A program made the position numbers and the translations under genes. Below are positions 28,125 to 38,021 of a DNA stretch of 64,000 nt, piece by piece. Where the stretch lies: positions 1,160 to 65,159 of the forward strand of contig DASPRE010000002.1 in NCBI GenBank assembly GCA_035624615.1, in the 5' to 3' direction. The notes beneath the pieces are model-generated. The model did not search any database and was not told the DNA's origin. It saw only the letters and a program-made list of their open reading frames with translations. Origin of the DNA: Burkholderiales bacterium (GTDB lineage: Bacteria; Pseudomonadota; Gammaproteobacteria; Burkholderiales; JAHFRG01). How positions within the stretch are numbered: position 1 is the first letter of the stretch; each line of letters opens with the position of its first letter.

Positions 28125-29315
28125 TTGCAGCAGCGATTGCCGCGCACCGTAATCATTCTCGGCTTAGTCAGCTTCTTTAACGACTTTGCTTCGGATATTG
28201 TCGTTCCATTGATTCCAATACTGATTGCAACGATTCTGTCTGCCGGCCCCATTGCGCTTGGCTTGATCGAAGGTGTTGCCGATGCCGTAGCAAGTTTTTT
28301 GAAACTGTGGTCCGGGCGCCATTCTGACCGATTGAATAGCAGGCGCAAGGGGCTGACACTGTTTGGTTACCTGATATCCAATCTCGCGCGACCATTGCTG
28401 GGTCTGGCAGGCAATTGGCCCCTGGTTCTGGTATTGCGCAGTCTGGATCGGGTCGGCAAAGGTCTACGCAGCGCGCCTCGTGACGCCCTGGTGGTGGACG
28501 CCACGCCTCCAGCGCTGCGCGGTTATGCGTTTGGGTTTCATCGCGCGCTGGACAACGGTGGTGCAGTGGCGGGGAGCCTTGCCGCTGCCGGAATACTTGC
28601 CTATTCGGCGCTTACGCTGCCGCAAGTAATCTTGCTTTCCGCGTTTCCGGGGTTCATTGCAGTATTGCTTCTGCTCTTTGGAGTCAGGGAGAAGACCGCA
28701 ACTAGGGTCCAGTCGCGTGCGGAATTGATGCCGCTTTCCTGGCGCGGGCTGTCATTGCCCATGCGGCGCTATTTAATAGTGCTGGGGTTATTTACGTTTG
28801 CCCGCGCTTCCGAGACCTTTATCCTGCTGTTCGGTTTTCAGTTGCACATCGGTGTGGTCGAGTTGCTGTTGCTGTGGGCGGCGTTGAATCTCGCCAAATC
28901 CGCCACCTCGACTTGGGGAGGCAGGCTCGCCGACAAGTTGGGGCGCGGCATGTTGATGCTGATGAGTTGGACTGCCTTTGCGCTGAGTTTTCTTCTGCTC
29001 GGGAAAGTGACTGGGAACTTGGGCCTGTGGGGTGTGACTATTGGGTATGGCCTGTTTGCCGGAATGAGCGAAGGCGCTGAGCGGGCTTTGGTCAGCGATT
29101 TTTCCACTTCCAGCGAACGCGGTACCGCATTTGGTTGGTATCATTTGATAATTGGATTAACGGCGATTCCCGCGGGGGCGGTCTTCGGCGGAATTTGGCA
29201 CTATCAGAGCGCGGCAATGGCTTTTTTCTTTGCGAGCGGCTTGGCGGCGCTGTGCGCGCTGCTGCTGCGCGGCTGGGTGTGGCCGCATCTCAATGTAAAG
29301 GAATCTGTGCTATGA
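28125..29315 (+). CDS. MFS transporter
   Basis: About 12 TM helices with an MFS loop motif (GRHSDRLNSRRKG). TTG start. Divergent from the LMF fusion gene. Confidence 0.8.
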   Translation: MQQRLPRTVIILGLVSFFNDFASDIVVPLIPILIATILSAGPIALGLIEGVADAVASFLKLWSGRHSDRLNSRRKGLTLFGYLISNLARPLLGLAGNWPLVLVLRSLDRVGKGLRSAPRDALVVDATPPALRGYAFGFHRALDNGGAVAGSLAAAGILAYSALTLPQVILLSAFPGFIAVLLLLFGVREKTATRVQSRAELMPLSWRGLSLPMRRYLIVLGLFTFARASETFILLFGFQLHIGVVELLLLWAALNLAKSATSTWGGRLADKLGRGMLMLMSWTAFALSFLLLGKVTGNLGLWGVTIGYGLFAGMSEGAERALVSDFSTSSERGTAFGWYHLIIGLTAIPAGAVFGGIWHYQSAAMAFFFASGLAALCALLLRGWVWPHLNVKESVL

Positions 29316-29845
29316 AACTGCTGATTTTGGCGCTGGTGTTGGCGGCGGGCGTGGTTGTATGGAGCAATTTTGCGCGCGCTGACGGTACCCCGAAAGCAGG
29401 CGAGGCAGCCCCGGATTTCAGCCTGCCTGACCAGAATGGAACGGTGCACAACCTGCACGATTTTCGCGGCAAATGGCTGGTGCTGTACTTCTATCCTAAG
29501 GACGATACGCCTGGGTGCACTCAGCAGGCGTGCACTTTCCGCGATGACCTGCAGCAGCTGACCGCCATGGGTGCGGAAGTGGTGGGAGTGAGCGTGGACG
29601 ATACCGCGAGCCACGCCGATTTTGCTAGGAAATACCACCTGCCTTTTCCCCTACTGGCTGACCAAAATGGCGAAATCGCGGAACGCTACGGCTCCATCTT
29701 AAACTTGGGCATAGTCAAGTTTGCCAAACGCAATACTTTCCTGATCAGTCCTCAGGGAAAAATTGCCAAGGTTTATCTCAAGGCCGACACTGCGCGCAAT
29801 TCGAAACAGGTAATTGACGACCTGAAGGTACTGGCGGCGAAATAA
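29312..29845 (+). CDS. bcp: Peroxiredoxin, Bcp/PrxQ type, with an N-terminal signal/anchor sequence
   Basis: FYPKDDTPGCTQQAC (C-x4-C). Leader MKLLILALVLAAGVVVWSNFARA. The ATG overlaps the MFS stop (ATGA). Confidence 0.88.
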   Translation: MKLLILALVLAAGVVVWSNFARADGTPKAGEAAPDFSLPDQNGTVHNLHDFRGKWLVLYFYPKDDTPGCTQQACTFRDDLQQLTAMGAEVVGVSVDDTASHADFARKYHLPFPLLADQNGEIAERYGSILNLGIVKFAKRNTFLISPQGKIAKVYLKADTARNSKQVIDDLKVLAAK

Positions 29846-30011
29846 CGGATATTTTGGCACTTGCCGATGATCCTGTATGATGTGCGCCATGAGCGGCCCT
29901 CCTGTCCGGTCTGGGCCGCGAAGGAGTACCCCATACGAATCAAAATATATAGTCGTTTGCCTAGACCGGTCCCGGGCTTTGCTCAGGTAGGCCGATTTAG
30001 GAGAATGAACT

Positions 30012-31358
30012 ATGGCTTTCAGCAAACTCGGCCTCTCGGCCGAAATTCTGCACGCAATTAGCGACCAGGGTTATATCGAACCCACGCCTGTACAGGCGCA
30101 AGCAATTCCACCAATACTTTCCGGGCTGGACGTAATGGCCAGGGCGCAAACCGGCACCGGCAAGACCGCCGGTTTTACTTGGCCCATCCTGCAGCGCCTG
30201 AAGATTCATTCCAACACCAGTACCTCCCCGGCGCGGCATCCGATTCGCGCGCTGATCTTGGCACCGACGCGCGAACTGGCGATACAAGTGAAAGAGAGCG
30301 TTCGTACTTATGGCAAGTATCTGTTGCTGAAACCCGCGGTGGTTTTCGGCGGGGTGAACATCAATTCGCAGATCAAGGAGCTACAATCCGGTGTGGATAT
30401 ACTGGTGGCTACTCCCGGACGTCTGCTGGACCATGTTCAGCATAAGACTGTCAATCTCTCGAAAGTGGAAATCCTGGTGCTGGATGAAGCGGACCGCATG
30501 CTGGATATGGGTTTCTTGCCGGACATCAAAAGGATTCTGGCGTTGCTGCCGGCAAATAGGCAGAACCTGCTGTTCTCGGCCACATTTTCAGAAGACATCA
30601 AAAGACTTGCCGACAGTCTTCTGCATAAACCGGCGTTGATAGAAGTAGGGCCAAGCAATGCCGCGGCAGACATGGTACAGCATGTAGTGCATCTGGTTGA
30701 TCACAACCGCAAGCGCGATTTGCTCTCGCATATAATCAAATCGCAAGAATTACGGCAGGTGTTGGTATTCACCCGCACCAAACATGGTGCAAACCGGCTC
30801 GCGCACCAGCTAGCGCGAGACGGCATTCAATCCGCGGCAATCCACAGCAACAAGAGCCAGCCAGCGCGCATCCAGGCATTGGCGGATTTCAAGAGTGGCA
30901 AAGTTCGCGTGTTGGTAGCGACAGATATCGCGGCGCGTGGTTTGGATATAGATGAATTGCCTCACGTGGTGAATTACGAGCTGCCGCATGTCGCCGGAGA
31001 CTATGTACACCGCATCGGCCGCGCAGGCCGCGCAGGCAGTTCCGGCAACGCCATATCGCTGGTATGCCCAGAGGAGATGGATCAGCTCAAGGACATCGAA
31101 CGCTTTCTCAAATTCAGCCTGCCCGTCAAATCCGCGCCCGGTTTTGAGCGGATTCAGAAAGCCGCTCAGCACGACGGCCGGCGACCGGCTATTGCGAAAC
31201 CGCACGCCATTAAGCACGAACCCAGCAACGTCGTGCAAATTGCCCCGGCACGCAAACCGCCGGCTCCGCGACAAACTCCTGCTCAGAAGCAACCCTATCT
31301 AAAAAAATCCGTGCCGGCATTGTTTTTACCTCCTGTCAAAGCCAAGCACAACGTTTAA
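30012..31358 (+). CDS. rhlE: DEAD-box ATP-dependent RNA helicase (RhlE-like)
   Basis: Q-motif, [15 protein letters not shown] and [10 protein letters not shown] motifs, with a basic C-terminal tail. Confidence 0.9.
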   Translation: MAFSKLGLSAEILHAISDQGYIEPTPVQAQAIPPILSGLDVMARAQTGTGKTAGFTWPILQRLKIHSNTSTSPARHPIRALILAPTRELAIQVKESVRTYGKYLLLKPAVVFGGVNINSQIKELQSGVDILVATPGRLLDHVQHKTVNLSKVEILVLDEADRMLDMGFLPDIKRILALLPANRQNLLFSATFSEDIKRLADSLLHKPALIEVGPSNAAADMVQHVVHLVDHNRKRDLLSHIIKSQELRQVLVFTRTKHGANRLAHQLARDGIQSAAIHSNKSQPARIQALADFKSGKVRVLVATDIAARGLDIDELPHVVNYELPHVAGDYVHRIGRAGRAGSSGNAISLVCPEEMDQLKDIERFLKFSLPVKSAPGFERIQKAAQHDGRRPAIAKPHAIKHEPSNVVQIAPARKPPAPRQTPAQKQPYLKKSVPALFLPPVKAKHNV

Positions 31359-31373
31359 TCGCGGCTTGTCCAG

Positions 31374-32387
31374 ATGGTCGATTTCTGGAGCAATTGTGGT
31401 TTTCACCAACTGAAACGCGAGCCAGGTGGCAGGCTTCTGCTTACTGATGATTTCCTGCGCAGTTATTTGATGCGCCCGGAATTGCACCCCATTCAAGATT
31501 CTTGCGAAAACGAGCGCGCCTTGCATCGAGAATTGCTGGCCGATCCACGGGCTAAAGTGGATGATGCACGGATTGCCGCGGTAGCTGACGAGGATTCACG
31601 TGAAAATTATCGCATCATGCTGCGTTTCCGTGAGCGCTTGATTTCGACCCCATCGCTGGAAGCCTGTTACGCCACTATCTTTCAGGAAGCTGACGCAACC
31701 ATGCCCCTGCTTTTCATCGATCATTTGGTACAGGTGATTTTGCGCCATATTCTTGAGCGGAATTCCGAACCGTTGCAGGTTCGCGCAGCAGAAATGCTGT
31801 TCCGTGAACAGAAAATCAGTGTCAATAATGGTGCAATTTTGGCGGCAGATGCAGTGACCGTAGATACACACGCGCAAAACGGCGGACTCGGCAACCTCGG
31901 GCGCTTTCTCTTGGAAGTGCGCGCGCCGTTGAAGGGCGCCGACCTAACGGTGCTGAATGACGACAACGCGGAAGTATACTGGACGCATGCTGAACTTCAC
32001 GATACCGTGCTTGCGTTAAATTCGTCCCATCCAGGATGCACTGCACTTTGCCGCGTCCTGGAGGCATGGGTTGAACATTTTCATCAAGTGCATGTGAAGG
32101 TGAACCCAGTTTCCAAAATCGAGAGCGAGGAATGGTTTTGGCATGTCGGCCTTGACGCGGAGGCAAGTGGAATCCTGAATGACGTGTACCTCGGCAAAAA
32201 GGTACCGGAGGAACGCCAACAGCGACTGTTGTGTTTGTTCCGTTTGGATTTTATCAATGCTCAAGACATGCGCGCAGAAATCGCTGGACGACCGGTGTTT
32301 CTGGCCATGGCGATGAGCGGCGATAACCTATTACGCATGAAACCGCAGAACCTGCTGATGAATCTGCCGCTGGCGCGGCGCGTGTGA
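31374..32387 (+). CDS. Conserved hypothetical protein, 337 aa, no recognisable domain
   Basis: Clean ORF starting 15 nt after rhlE. Soluble and acidic. I recall similar betaproteobacterial DUF proteins but cannot name the family with certainty. Confidence 0.65.
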   Translation: MVDFWSNCGFHQLKREPGGRLLLTDDFLRSYLMRPELHPIQDSCENERALHRELLADPRAKVDDARIAAVADEDSRENYRIMLRFRERLISTPSLEACYATIFQEADATMPLLFIDHLVQVILRHILERNSEPLQVRAAEMLFREQKISVNNGAILAADAVTVDTHAQNGGLGNLGRFLLEVRAPLKGADLTVLNDDNAEVYWTHAELHDTVLALNSSHPGCTALCRVLEAWVEHFHQVHVKVNPVSKIESEEWFWHVGLDAEASGILNDVYLGKKVPEERQQRLLCLFRLDFINAQDMRAEIAGRPVFLAMAMSGDNLLRMKPQNLLMNLPLARRV

Positions 32388-32433
32388 GGTGCGGGTTAGA
32401 CTCTTCTTCGGTAGTCTGGCGCCAGAATTATTC

Positions 32434-34341
32434 TTACGTGCCAAACCATCGTCCGCGTAGCAACTTGATGGTGTCGAGTATGTCCTGGCCGAGCGGCGAA
32501 ACGGGTGCTTCTTCGGGCGGTGCCACCCGGTGCTCAGTGATGAGTTCTGGCGCCTGCCGGTAGGTGAGATAACGTTGCAGCGCTGCATGCACGTGGGATT
32601 TCAGCAGGCGAACGTTCACCGGTTTGTTGAGGAAGCGGAAGATCTGCGCCTGGTTTATCAGTTCGATCACGAGTTCCGAATCCGACGCAGTGGTGGCTAC
32701 GATGGTCAGGATCTGCGGGTGATTCTGTTTCAAGAGCTTCAGCATCGCAATCAATTGCCCCTGGGCAAAATCGACGTCGGCTATCACCACCGCGATTTCC
32801 TGTGATTGCATTGCCGCGATTGCCGCTTCGAGATTGGCTGCGTGGTTTACCGGGCACAACCCGCCGATCAGTTCGCGTGTAACGCGGAAAATTTCTTCAT
32901 TGCTATCGATAACCAGTATGCCGGCGTCCATTGTTTTTGGCAGCGCCACGGCCTCAGTCTTCGTATCGGCGAGCTCCAGTGCAATGGTCGCGGCCTCCGC
33001 GACGATCCTCTGCAGCTCGCTGTTGTCCCATGGCTTGCTGACAAAGCGGTAGACCTCACCGTCGTTGATCGAGCCCACGATTGCCGCCAGATCGGAATAG
33101 CCGGTCAACAGGATGCGCACGCTGCGCGGCGATATCTCGCGCGACCGGCGCAGCAACTCCACGCCAGGCATCACCGGCATGCGTTGGTCGCTTATGATCA
33201 CGTGCATCTGATACCGTCCTAGGAAATCGAGCGCCTTAGTACCATCGGTGGTGGTGAACACGTGGTAGCGACTTCGGAACAGCGATTTGAGCGCGGTTAG
33301 TATTCTTTCCTCGTCGTCGATCACCAGCAGCCGCGCTCTCTTGACGCCGGTGTCAAGGCTGATTGCGCTTTCGCCAGCCATCTCCAATAGTAAATCAATA
33401 TGCTCGGTAGCAGGCTTTGCCACCTGGGTGTTGAGCAGTCTCGCTGCATTCAGCAGTGCCACACCGTCGGCCGTGGCGGGAGTTGTGGCCGGCGCATTGC
33501 CGCTCGAGTGGAGCGAAGCATCGATCGCTTCACGAAATGCCTGTGAAAACTCACGGGCGCTCTGAAAGCGGTCCTCGCGTTTCTTGGCGAGTGCTTTGTG
33601 CAGCACCTGGTCAATCAGCGGGGATAACTTGGGGTTTAGTAACGACGGATCGGCCGGCCGCTCGTTCAACACTTGCTGCATCACCATTGCCTTGCTTCCG
33701 TAAAACGGCTTACTGCCGGTCAGTAGTTCATAGGCAATCACCCCGATCGAATACAAGTCGGCGAGCTTGTCTACTTCAACGCCAAGGAACTGCTCTGGCG
33801 CCATGTAGTGCAGCGTCCCGAACACGTCGCCGGTCTGTGTCAGGTTCGAGGACTCGATGTGCGCGATTCCGAAGTCACTGATCTTGATGCGTCCATCGTT
33901 GTTGATCATGATGTTCGACGGCTTGATGTCGCGATGCACGATGCCCTCGCTGTGCGCATGGCCGATTCCGTCGAGCAGCTGGCGGATTATTTCGCCGACT
34001 TCGCGGATTTCGTAGCAGACTTCCTGCGTTAAATGTCGCTCCAACGTCTTGCCATTGACGAGTTCCATCACGATATAAGCGGTTTCGGCGTCCTCGCCGT
34101 AGTCGTAGATCTGCACGATGCGTGGATGCACCAGGCGGCCGGCCGCCTTCGCCTCGTGCCGGAAGCGATCCATCACCTGTTTAAGCTCGGAGGCGTCAAG
34201 CCGGGCCTTGGTGATTGCCTTGATTGCGACGCTGCGCGAAATGGCGGAATCCCATCCCTTATAGACGACCCCCATGCCACCCTTGCCGAGCACGCCTTGG
34301 ATTTCATACTTACCGATCTTGTCCGGATGCTTCTTTGTCAT
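32434..34341 (-). CDS. Hanks-type Ser/Thr protein kinase fused to two C-terminal response-regulator receiver domains
   Basis: Kinase motifs: GKGGMGVVYKG, VAIK, HRDIKPSN, DFG, APE. REC1 is at about aa 337-450 (IDDEE, ISDQRMP, SKPW). REC2 is at about aa 475-590 (VIDSNEE, IADVDF, NKPV). Confidence 0.88.
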   Translation of the reverse strand: MTKKHPDKIGKYEIQGVLGKGGMGVVYKGWDSAISRSVAIKAITKARLDASELKQVMDRFRHEAKAAGRLVHPRIVQIYDYGEDAETAYIVMELVNGKTLERHLTQEVCYEIREVGEIIRQLLDGIGHAHSEGIVHRDIKPSNIMINNDGRIKISDFGIAHIESSNLTQTGDVFGTLHYMAPEQFLGVEVDKLADLYSIGVIAYELLTGSKPFYGSKAMVMQQVLNERPADPSLLNPKLSPLIDQVLHKALAKKREDRFQSAREFSQAFREAIDASLHSSGNAPATTPATADGVALLNAARLLNTQVAKPATEHIDLLLEMAGESAISLDTGVKRARLLVIDDEERILTALKSLFRSRYHVFTTTDGTKALDFLGRYQMHVIISDQRMPVMPGVELLRRSREISPRSVRILLTGYSDLAAIVGSINDGEVYRFVSKPWDNSELQRIVAEAATIALELADTKTEAVALPKTMDAGILVIDSNEEIFRVTRELIGGLCPVNHAANLEAAIAAMQSQEIAVVIADVDFAQGQLIAMLKLLKQNHPQILTIVATTASDSELVIELINQAQIFRFLNKPVNVRLLKSHVHAALQRYLTYRQAPELITEHRVAPPEEAPVSPLGQDILDTIKLLRGRWFGT

Positions 34342-34350
34342 AGCGAGCCA

Positions 34351-36099
34351 TTATGATGAAATTTCCGTTTCCACCGGCGGATTCACCGGCAGCCACACTG
34401 TAAATTTAGTGCCGGCGCCGACCTTCGATTGGACCGTGATGCGGCCGCCGTGCTGCTGGACGATCTTGTAGGAAATCGACAATCCGAGCCCGGTGCCCTT
34501 GCCGATTTCCTTGGTGGTGAAGAACGGGTCGAAGATCTTTGGCAGCACTTCTGGCGCAATACCCTTGCCGTTGTCTGCGATTTCGACCCGCACGCCCTGG
34601 CCGTCGCTGCGCGTGGTCAGCGTGAGTATACCGTTGCCGATTTCCATCGCCTGGGTTGCGTTGGTAATCAGGTTGAGGAATATCTGATTGATCTGCGAAG
34701 GCGCGCAGATAATTTCCGGGATATCGCCGAACTGTTTGTTGACAGTGACCGATTTCAATAGATGCTTAGCAAGCAGTAATGTGCTGTTGAGTCCTTCATT
34801 CAGATTGAAGCGCGTTACTTTGCTGCGATCAAGGCGACTGAAGTCTTTCAGATTGCCGACGATTTCAGCCACCTGGCCGGTGCCGTAGAGGCCGTCCTTG
34901 ACTAATCCGTTCAGCTCTTCTATTACACGCTGCTTCTTGAGTTGCGCGATTTGTGCCGACACCAGCGCGAACTGGCGGTTCAATGCCTCGGCGTTGGCAT
35001 TGCCGCCGGCTTGCAGCAGCGCGAGCAGTTGCGCAGAGCGCTCAATCGCGGTGCCCAACTCGGGCAGCTTGTCGGCAACGCTGCCGAGACTGTTCTTGAC
35101 GTAGGCGAGCGGCGTATTGATCTCGTGCGCAACGCCCGCCACCATCTGGCCGAGCGAAGACATTTTTTCAGATTGAATCAGCTGTGCTTCAGATTCCTTG
35201 AGGTGTTTGAGTGCTTCTGACAACTCGCGCGTGCGCTTTTCGACGCGCATCTCGAGATTCACGTTGGCGGCCTTAAGCTTGGCGCCGAGATAAGCGAGCA
35301 GAATCAGAAGCGCGCTGGCATAGGCGATCAGGTAAACGCGGTATCGCTCCTTGTCCTGCAGCGTCGCCTCGAGCTCGCGGCTGAATGAAGATGTCAAAGT
35401 ATCAAGGCGCGGGCCGGAGGTTAGGAATTCGAGCTTAGTGAACAGCGCCTGCTCGGCCGGTTTGTGCTGAAGCAGTGCTTGCACCGCGCCCTCGAGTTCG
35501 ATCGCTCTGTTGCGCAACGCTTCCGGGATGGTGTGCAGTTGCGCCGCACTGGCTTCGAGGCTCGCGCGCTGAGTGTCCTGCGCTAGCCAGTAATACAGAG
35601 GTGCCGCGGCGCTCAGTCGGTTCAACGCCTGCTCGAGTTCCGGCGAGCGCGTCTGCAGTTCGGACGCCTGCGCGTTGATCTCCGATGCGCCTTTGAGCAC
35701 CGCTTGCAAAGAATCTTTTGCGCTGCGGTTTTCTATCTTGAACTTCTCAACCAGCTCGGCCTTCTGCAGGATCGCCGTTCTGAGCTCGGGAAATCCCGCG
35801 CTCAACGCCGCACTATGGGTTTTTTGTAATGCTGCATTCAGGTCCTGTATTGCTTTGGAGGCCGCCGCCGCGCGGTAGCTGGTCGGAATATCGTTCGAGC
35901 CGAAGTCGAGGCGTGCGCGCAGCACGTCCACGTCCCAACGGCCGTCAATTTCCTTCAAATTCCGCAGAAAACCCAGAATTTCATTCTGCTCGCGCAGGTC
36001 AACCGCCTGGGTCTTGTCGTAAAGAAACACCAGCACTCCCACCATTAGCAGCGCGGCCAGGCCAAGGAGCACATTGTGCAACACCTCAGATTTGCTCAT
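34351..36099 (-). CDS. Sensor histidine kinase with two TM helices flanking a helical extracytoplasmic region of about 225 aa
   Basis: TM1 at about aa 8-27 and TM2 at about aa 255-274. H-box VAHEINTPL. The N-, G1- and G2-boxes ([21 protein letters not shown]) are present. Its stop is 9 nt before the Ser/Thr kinase-REC start. Confidence 0.88.
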   Translation of the reverse strand: MSKSEVLHNVLLGLAALLMVGVLVFLYDKTQAVDLREQNEILGFLRNLKEIDGRWDVDVLRARLDFGSNDIPTSYRAAAASKAIQDLNAALQKTHSAALSAGFPELRTAILQKAELVEKFKIENRSAKDSLQAVLKGASEINAQASELQTRSPELEQALNRLSAAAPLYYWLAQDTQRASLEASAAQLHTIPEALRNRAIELEGAVQALLQHKPAEQALFTKLEFLTSGPRLDTLTSSFSRELEATLQDKERYRVYLIAYASALLILLAYLGAKLKAANVNLEMRVEKRTRELSEALKHLKESEAQLIQSEKMSSLGQMVAGVAHEINTPLAYVKNSLGSVADKLPELGTAIERSAQLLALLQAGGNANAEALNRQFALVSAQIAQLKKQRVIEELNGLVKDGLYGTGQVAEIVGNLKDFSRLDRSKVTRFNLNEGLNSTLLLAKHLLKSVTVNKQFGDIPEIICAPSQINQIFLNLITNATQAMEIGNGILTLTTRSDGQGVRVEIADNGKGIAPEVLPKIFDPFFTTKEIGKGTGLGLSISYKIVQQHGGRITVQSKVGAGTKFTVWLPVNPPVETEISS

Positions 36100-36429
36100 T
36101 TCGCGGCGTCTGATTTACGGCCATTTGAGGCCATTTTCTGGGCAATTCGATTAGCATTTGCCTGGGACTATCGGTCAATTATCGAGGTTTTTGCTGTAAG
36201 TAATTCTCTTTGGAATTAAATAGGAATTTCCAGTTAATTACCGCGCAATCTACCTGAACCTCCAAAAAGAGGCAACGCGCCTGCCGTCTACGGGTGATTG
36301 AAGTGAACGCTGGACAGAACACGAAATGCGAAACATGTATACAATGGCATATGTCCCTGATTCTTTTGGGCGCGATTCAGAGCGCCGTAATTGCTATACT
36401 AGATTTTTCACGTTTGATCTAAATATCTC

Positions 36430-37923
36430 ATGAATGCTCCAAATAATATCGCTTCGTTGAAGCTTCGCAACACTGCGCTATTCCGGCAACAGTGTTATAT
36501 CAATGGGGAATGGGTGAATGCAGACAACAACGCCGTATTTGCCGTAACTAATCCGGCTAACGGCTTGCAGCTCGGCACTGTGCCTGACATGGGGGCCAAA
36601 GAAACGCGTCGCGCTATTGAAGCAGCGCACGCCGCCTGGCCTTCCTGGCGTGCGAAGACCGCGAAAGAACGGGCGCTCATTCTCCGCCGCTGGTTCGATC
36701 TCATCATGACACACCAGCACGACCTTGCTGTGCTGATGACCGCCGAGCAAGGCAAGCCGCTGGCCGAGGCGAAAGGCGAAATCGCGTACGCGGCATCTTT
36801 TATCGAATGGTTCTCGGAAGAGGGCAAGCGCATTTACGGGGACACCATTCCTCAGCATCACTCCGACAAACGGCTGGTCGTCATTAAGGAGCCGGTGGGG
36901 GTATGCGCAGCGATCGCGCCCTGGAATTTTCCCGCGGCGATGATTACCCGCAAAGTTGGCCCGGCGCTTGCGGCCGGCTGCGTGGTGGTGCTGAAACCTG
37001 CTGAACAAACACCCTATTCCGCACTTGCACTTGCTGCGCTCGCCGAGGAAGCGGGAATAAGCAAAGGCGTGTTGAATGTGGTGACTGGCGACGCCCCGAC
37101 CATAGGCGGTGAAATGACAGCCAATCCGCTGGTACGGAAACTCACGTTTACCGGGTCCACTGAAGTCGGAAAACTCCTGATGAGCCAATGCGCGAGCACG
37201 GTGAAGAAAATCTCGCTGGAGCTGGGCGGCAACGCGCCATTCATCGTATTTGACGACGCCGATCTGGATGCTGCCGTGGAAGGCGCGTTAGCCTCCAAAT
37301 ATCGGAACACCGGACAGACTTGCGTTTGCGCGAACCGCCTCTTGGTGCAAGATGGAGTTTACGATTCATTTGCTGAGAAGTTGGTGCTGAAAGTCAAAAG
37401 TTTCAAAGTCGGAAACGGCATGGAAGAGGGGGTCACTCAAGGTCCACTGATCGATGTGCAAGCATTGCAGAAAGTCGAGAGTCATATCGCCGATGCCACG
37501 GGCAAAGGCGCGAAAATACTGTTGGGCGGCAGGCGCCACGCGCTGGGCGGCACTTTTTTCGAGCCCACCGTGCTGAAAGACGTTACTATCGGCATGCGGC
37601 TGGCGCACGAAGAAACGTTTGGTCCAGTGGCGCCGCTATTCCGCTTCAAAACCGAGCAAGATGCCGTGCGTATCGCCAATGATACCGAATACGGTCTTGC
37701 GGGATATTTCTACAGCCGCGACATCGGGCGAGTATTTCGCGTTGCCGAAGCGCTCGAATGCGGAATGGTGGGAGTCAACACCGGCATCATCTCCAACGAA
37801 ATCGCGCCATTTGGGGGAGTGAAGCAATCGGGAATCGGCCGCGAAGGATCGAAATACGGCATAGAAGAGTTTGTGCAGCTGAAATACATTTGCCTCGGCG
37901 GGATGGACAGACCTGGCGCGTAA
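36430..37923 (+). CDS. gabD: NAD(P)-dependent succinate-semialdehyde dehydrogenase
   Basis: Aldehyde dehydrogenase motifs ELGGNAP and GQTCVCANR, with overall GabD-like sequence. Confidence 0.9.
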   Translation: MNAPNNIASLKLRNTALFRQQCYINGEWVNADNNAVFAVTNPANGLQLGTVPDMGAKETRRAIEAAHAAWPSWRAKTAKERALILRRWFDLIMTHQHDLAVLMTAEQGKPLAEAKGEIAYAASFIEWFSEEGKRIYGDTIPQHHSDKRLVVIKEPVGVCAAIAPWNFPAAMITRKVGPALAAGCVVVLKPAEQTPYSALALAALAEEAGISKGVLNVVTGDAPTIGGEMTANPLVRKLTFTGSTEVGKLLMSQCASTVKKISLELGGNAPFIVFDDADLDAAVEGALASKYRNTGQTCVCANRLLVQDGVYDSFAEKLVLKVKSFKVGNGMEEGVTQGPLIDVQALQKVESHIADATGKGAKILLGGRRHALGGTFFEPTVLKDVTIGMRLAHEETFGPVAPLFRFKTEQDAVRIANDTEYGLAGYFYSRDIGRVFRVAEALECGMVGVNTGIISNEIAPFGGVKQSGIGREGSKYGIEEFVQLKYICLGGMDRPGA

Positions 37924-38021
37924 ATAATAAACAGATTACGTAAACGCGTTGATCCGCGGCAAACCCGGTAATCAGTGCGCCGAGCCCGGTGCTCAGTTTA
38001 CTTGTCGTATGTGCGTTGCTG

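Noticed and set aside
29135-29311. Upstream extension of the peroxiredoxin ORF (the track start is 29135).
   Set aside because: The extension lies entirely inside the MFS transporter gene in another frame and has Gly/Arg-rich composition. ATG at 29312 gives a normal signal peptide and an ATGA coupling to the MFS stop.
36100-36429. Imperfect palindromes in the AT-rich divergent region between the histidine kinase gene and gabD (for example TGGAATTAAATAGGAATTTCCA and ACATGTATAC...GCATATGT), as operator sites.
   Set aside because: The symmetry is imperfect and no regulator gene is adjacent. These are plausible promoter or operator DNA, but no specific site can be supported from sequence alone.
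36478-37188. Long antisense 'shadow' ORFs inside well-supported genes. Examples: 36478-37188(-) in gabD, 48289-48957(-) in serA, 5617-6159(-) in the DAHPS gene, 13687-14259(+) in the fused flavoprotein, 42938-43531(+) in mtaD, 43538-44083(+) in the OmpA gene, 61225-61740(-) in cysM, 30810-31292(-) in rhlE.
   Set aside because: Each lies opposite a gene with unmistakable family motifs. Their translations are Arg/Ala/Gly/Cys-rich low-information sequence, typical of open frames on the antisense strand of GC-rich coding DNA. No independent start or RBS context or motif supports them.
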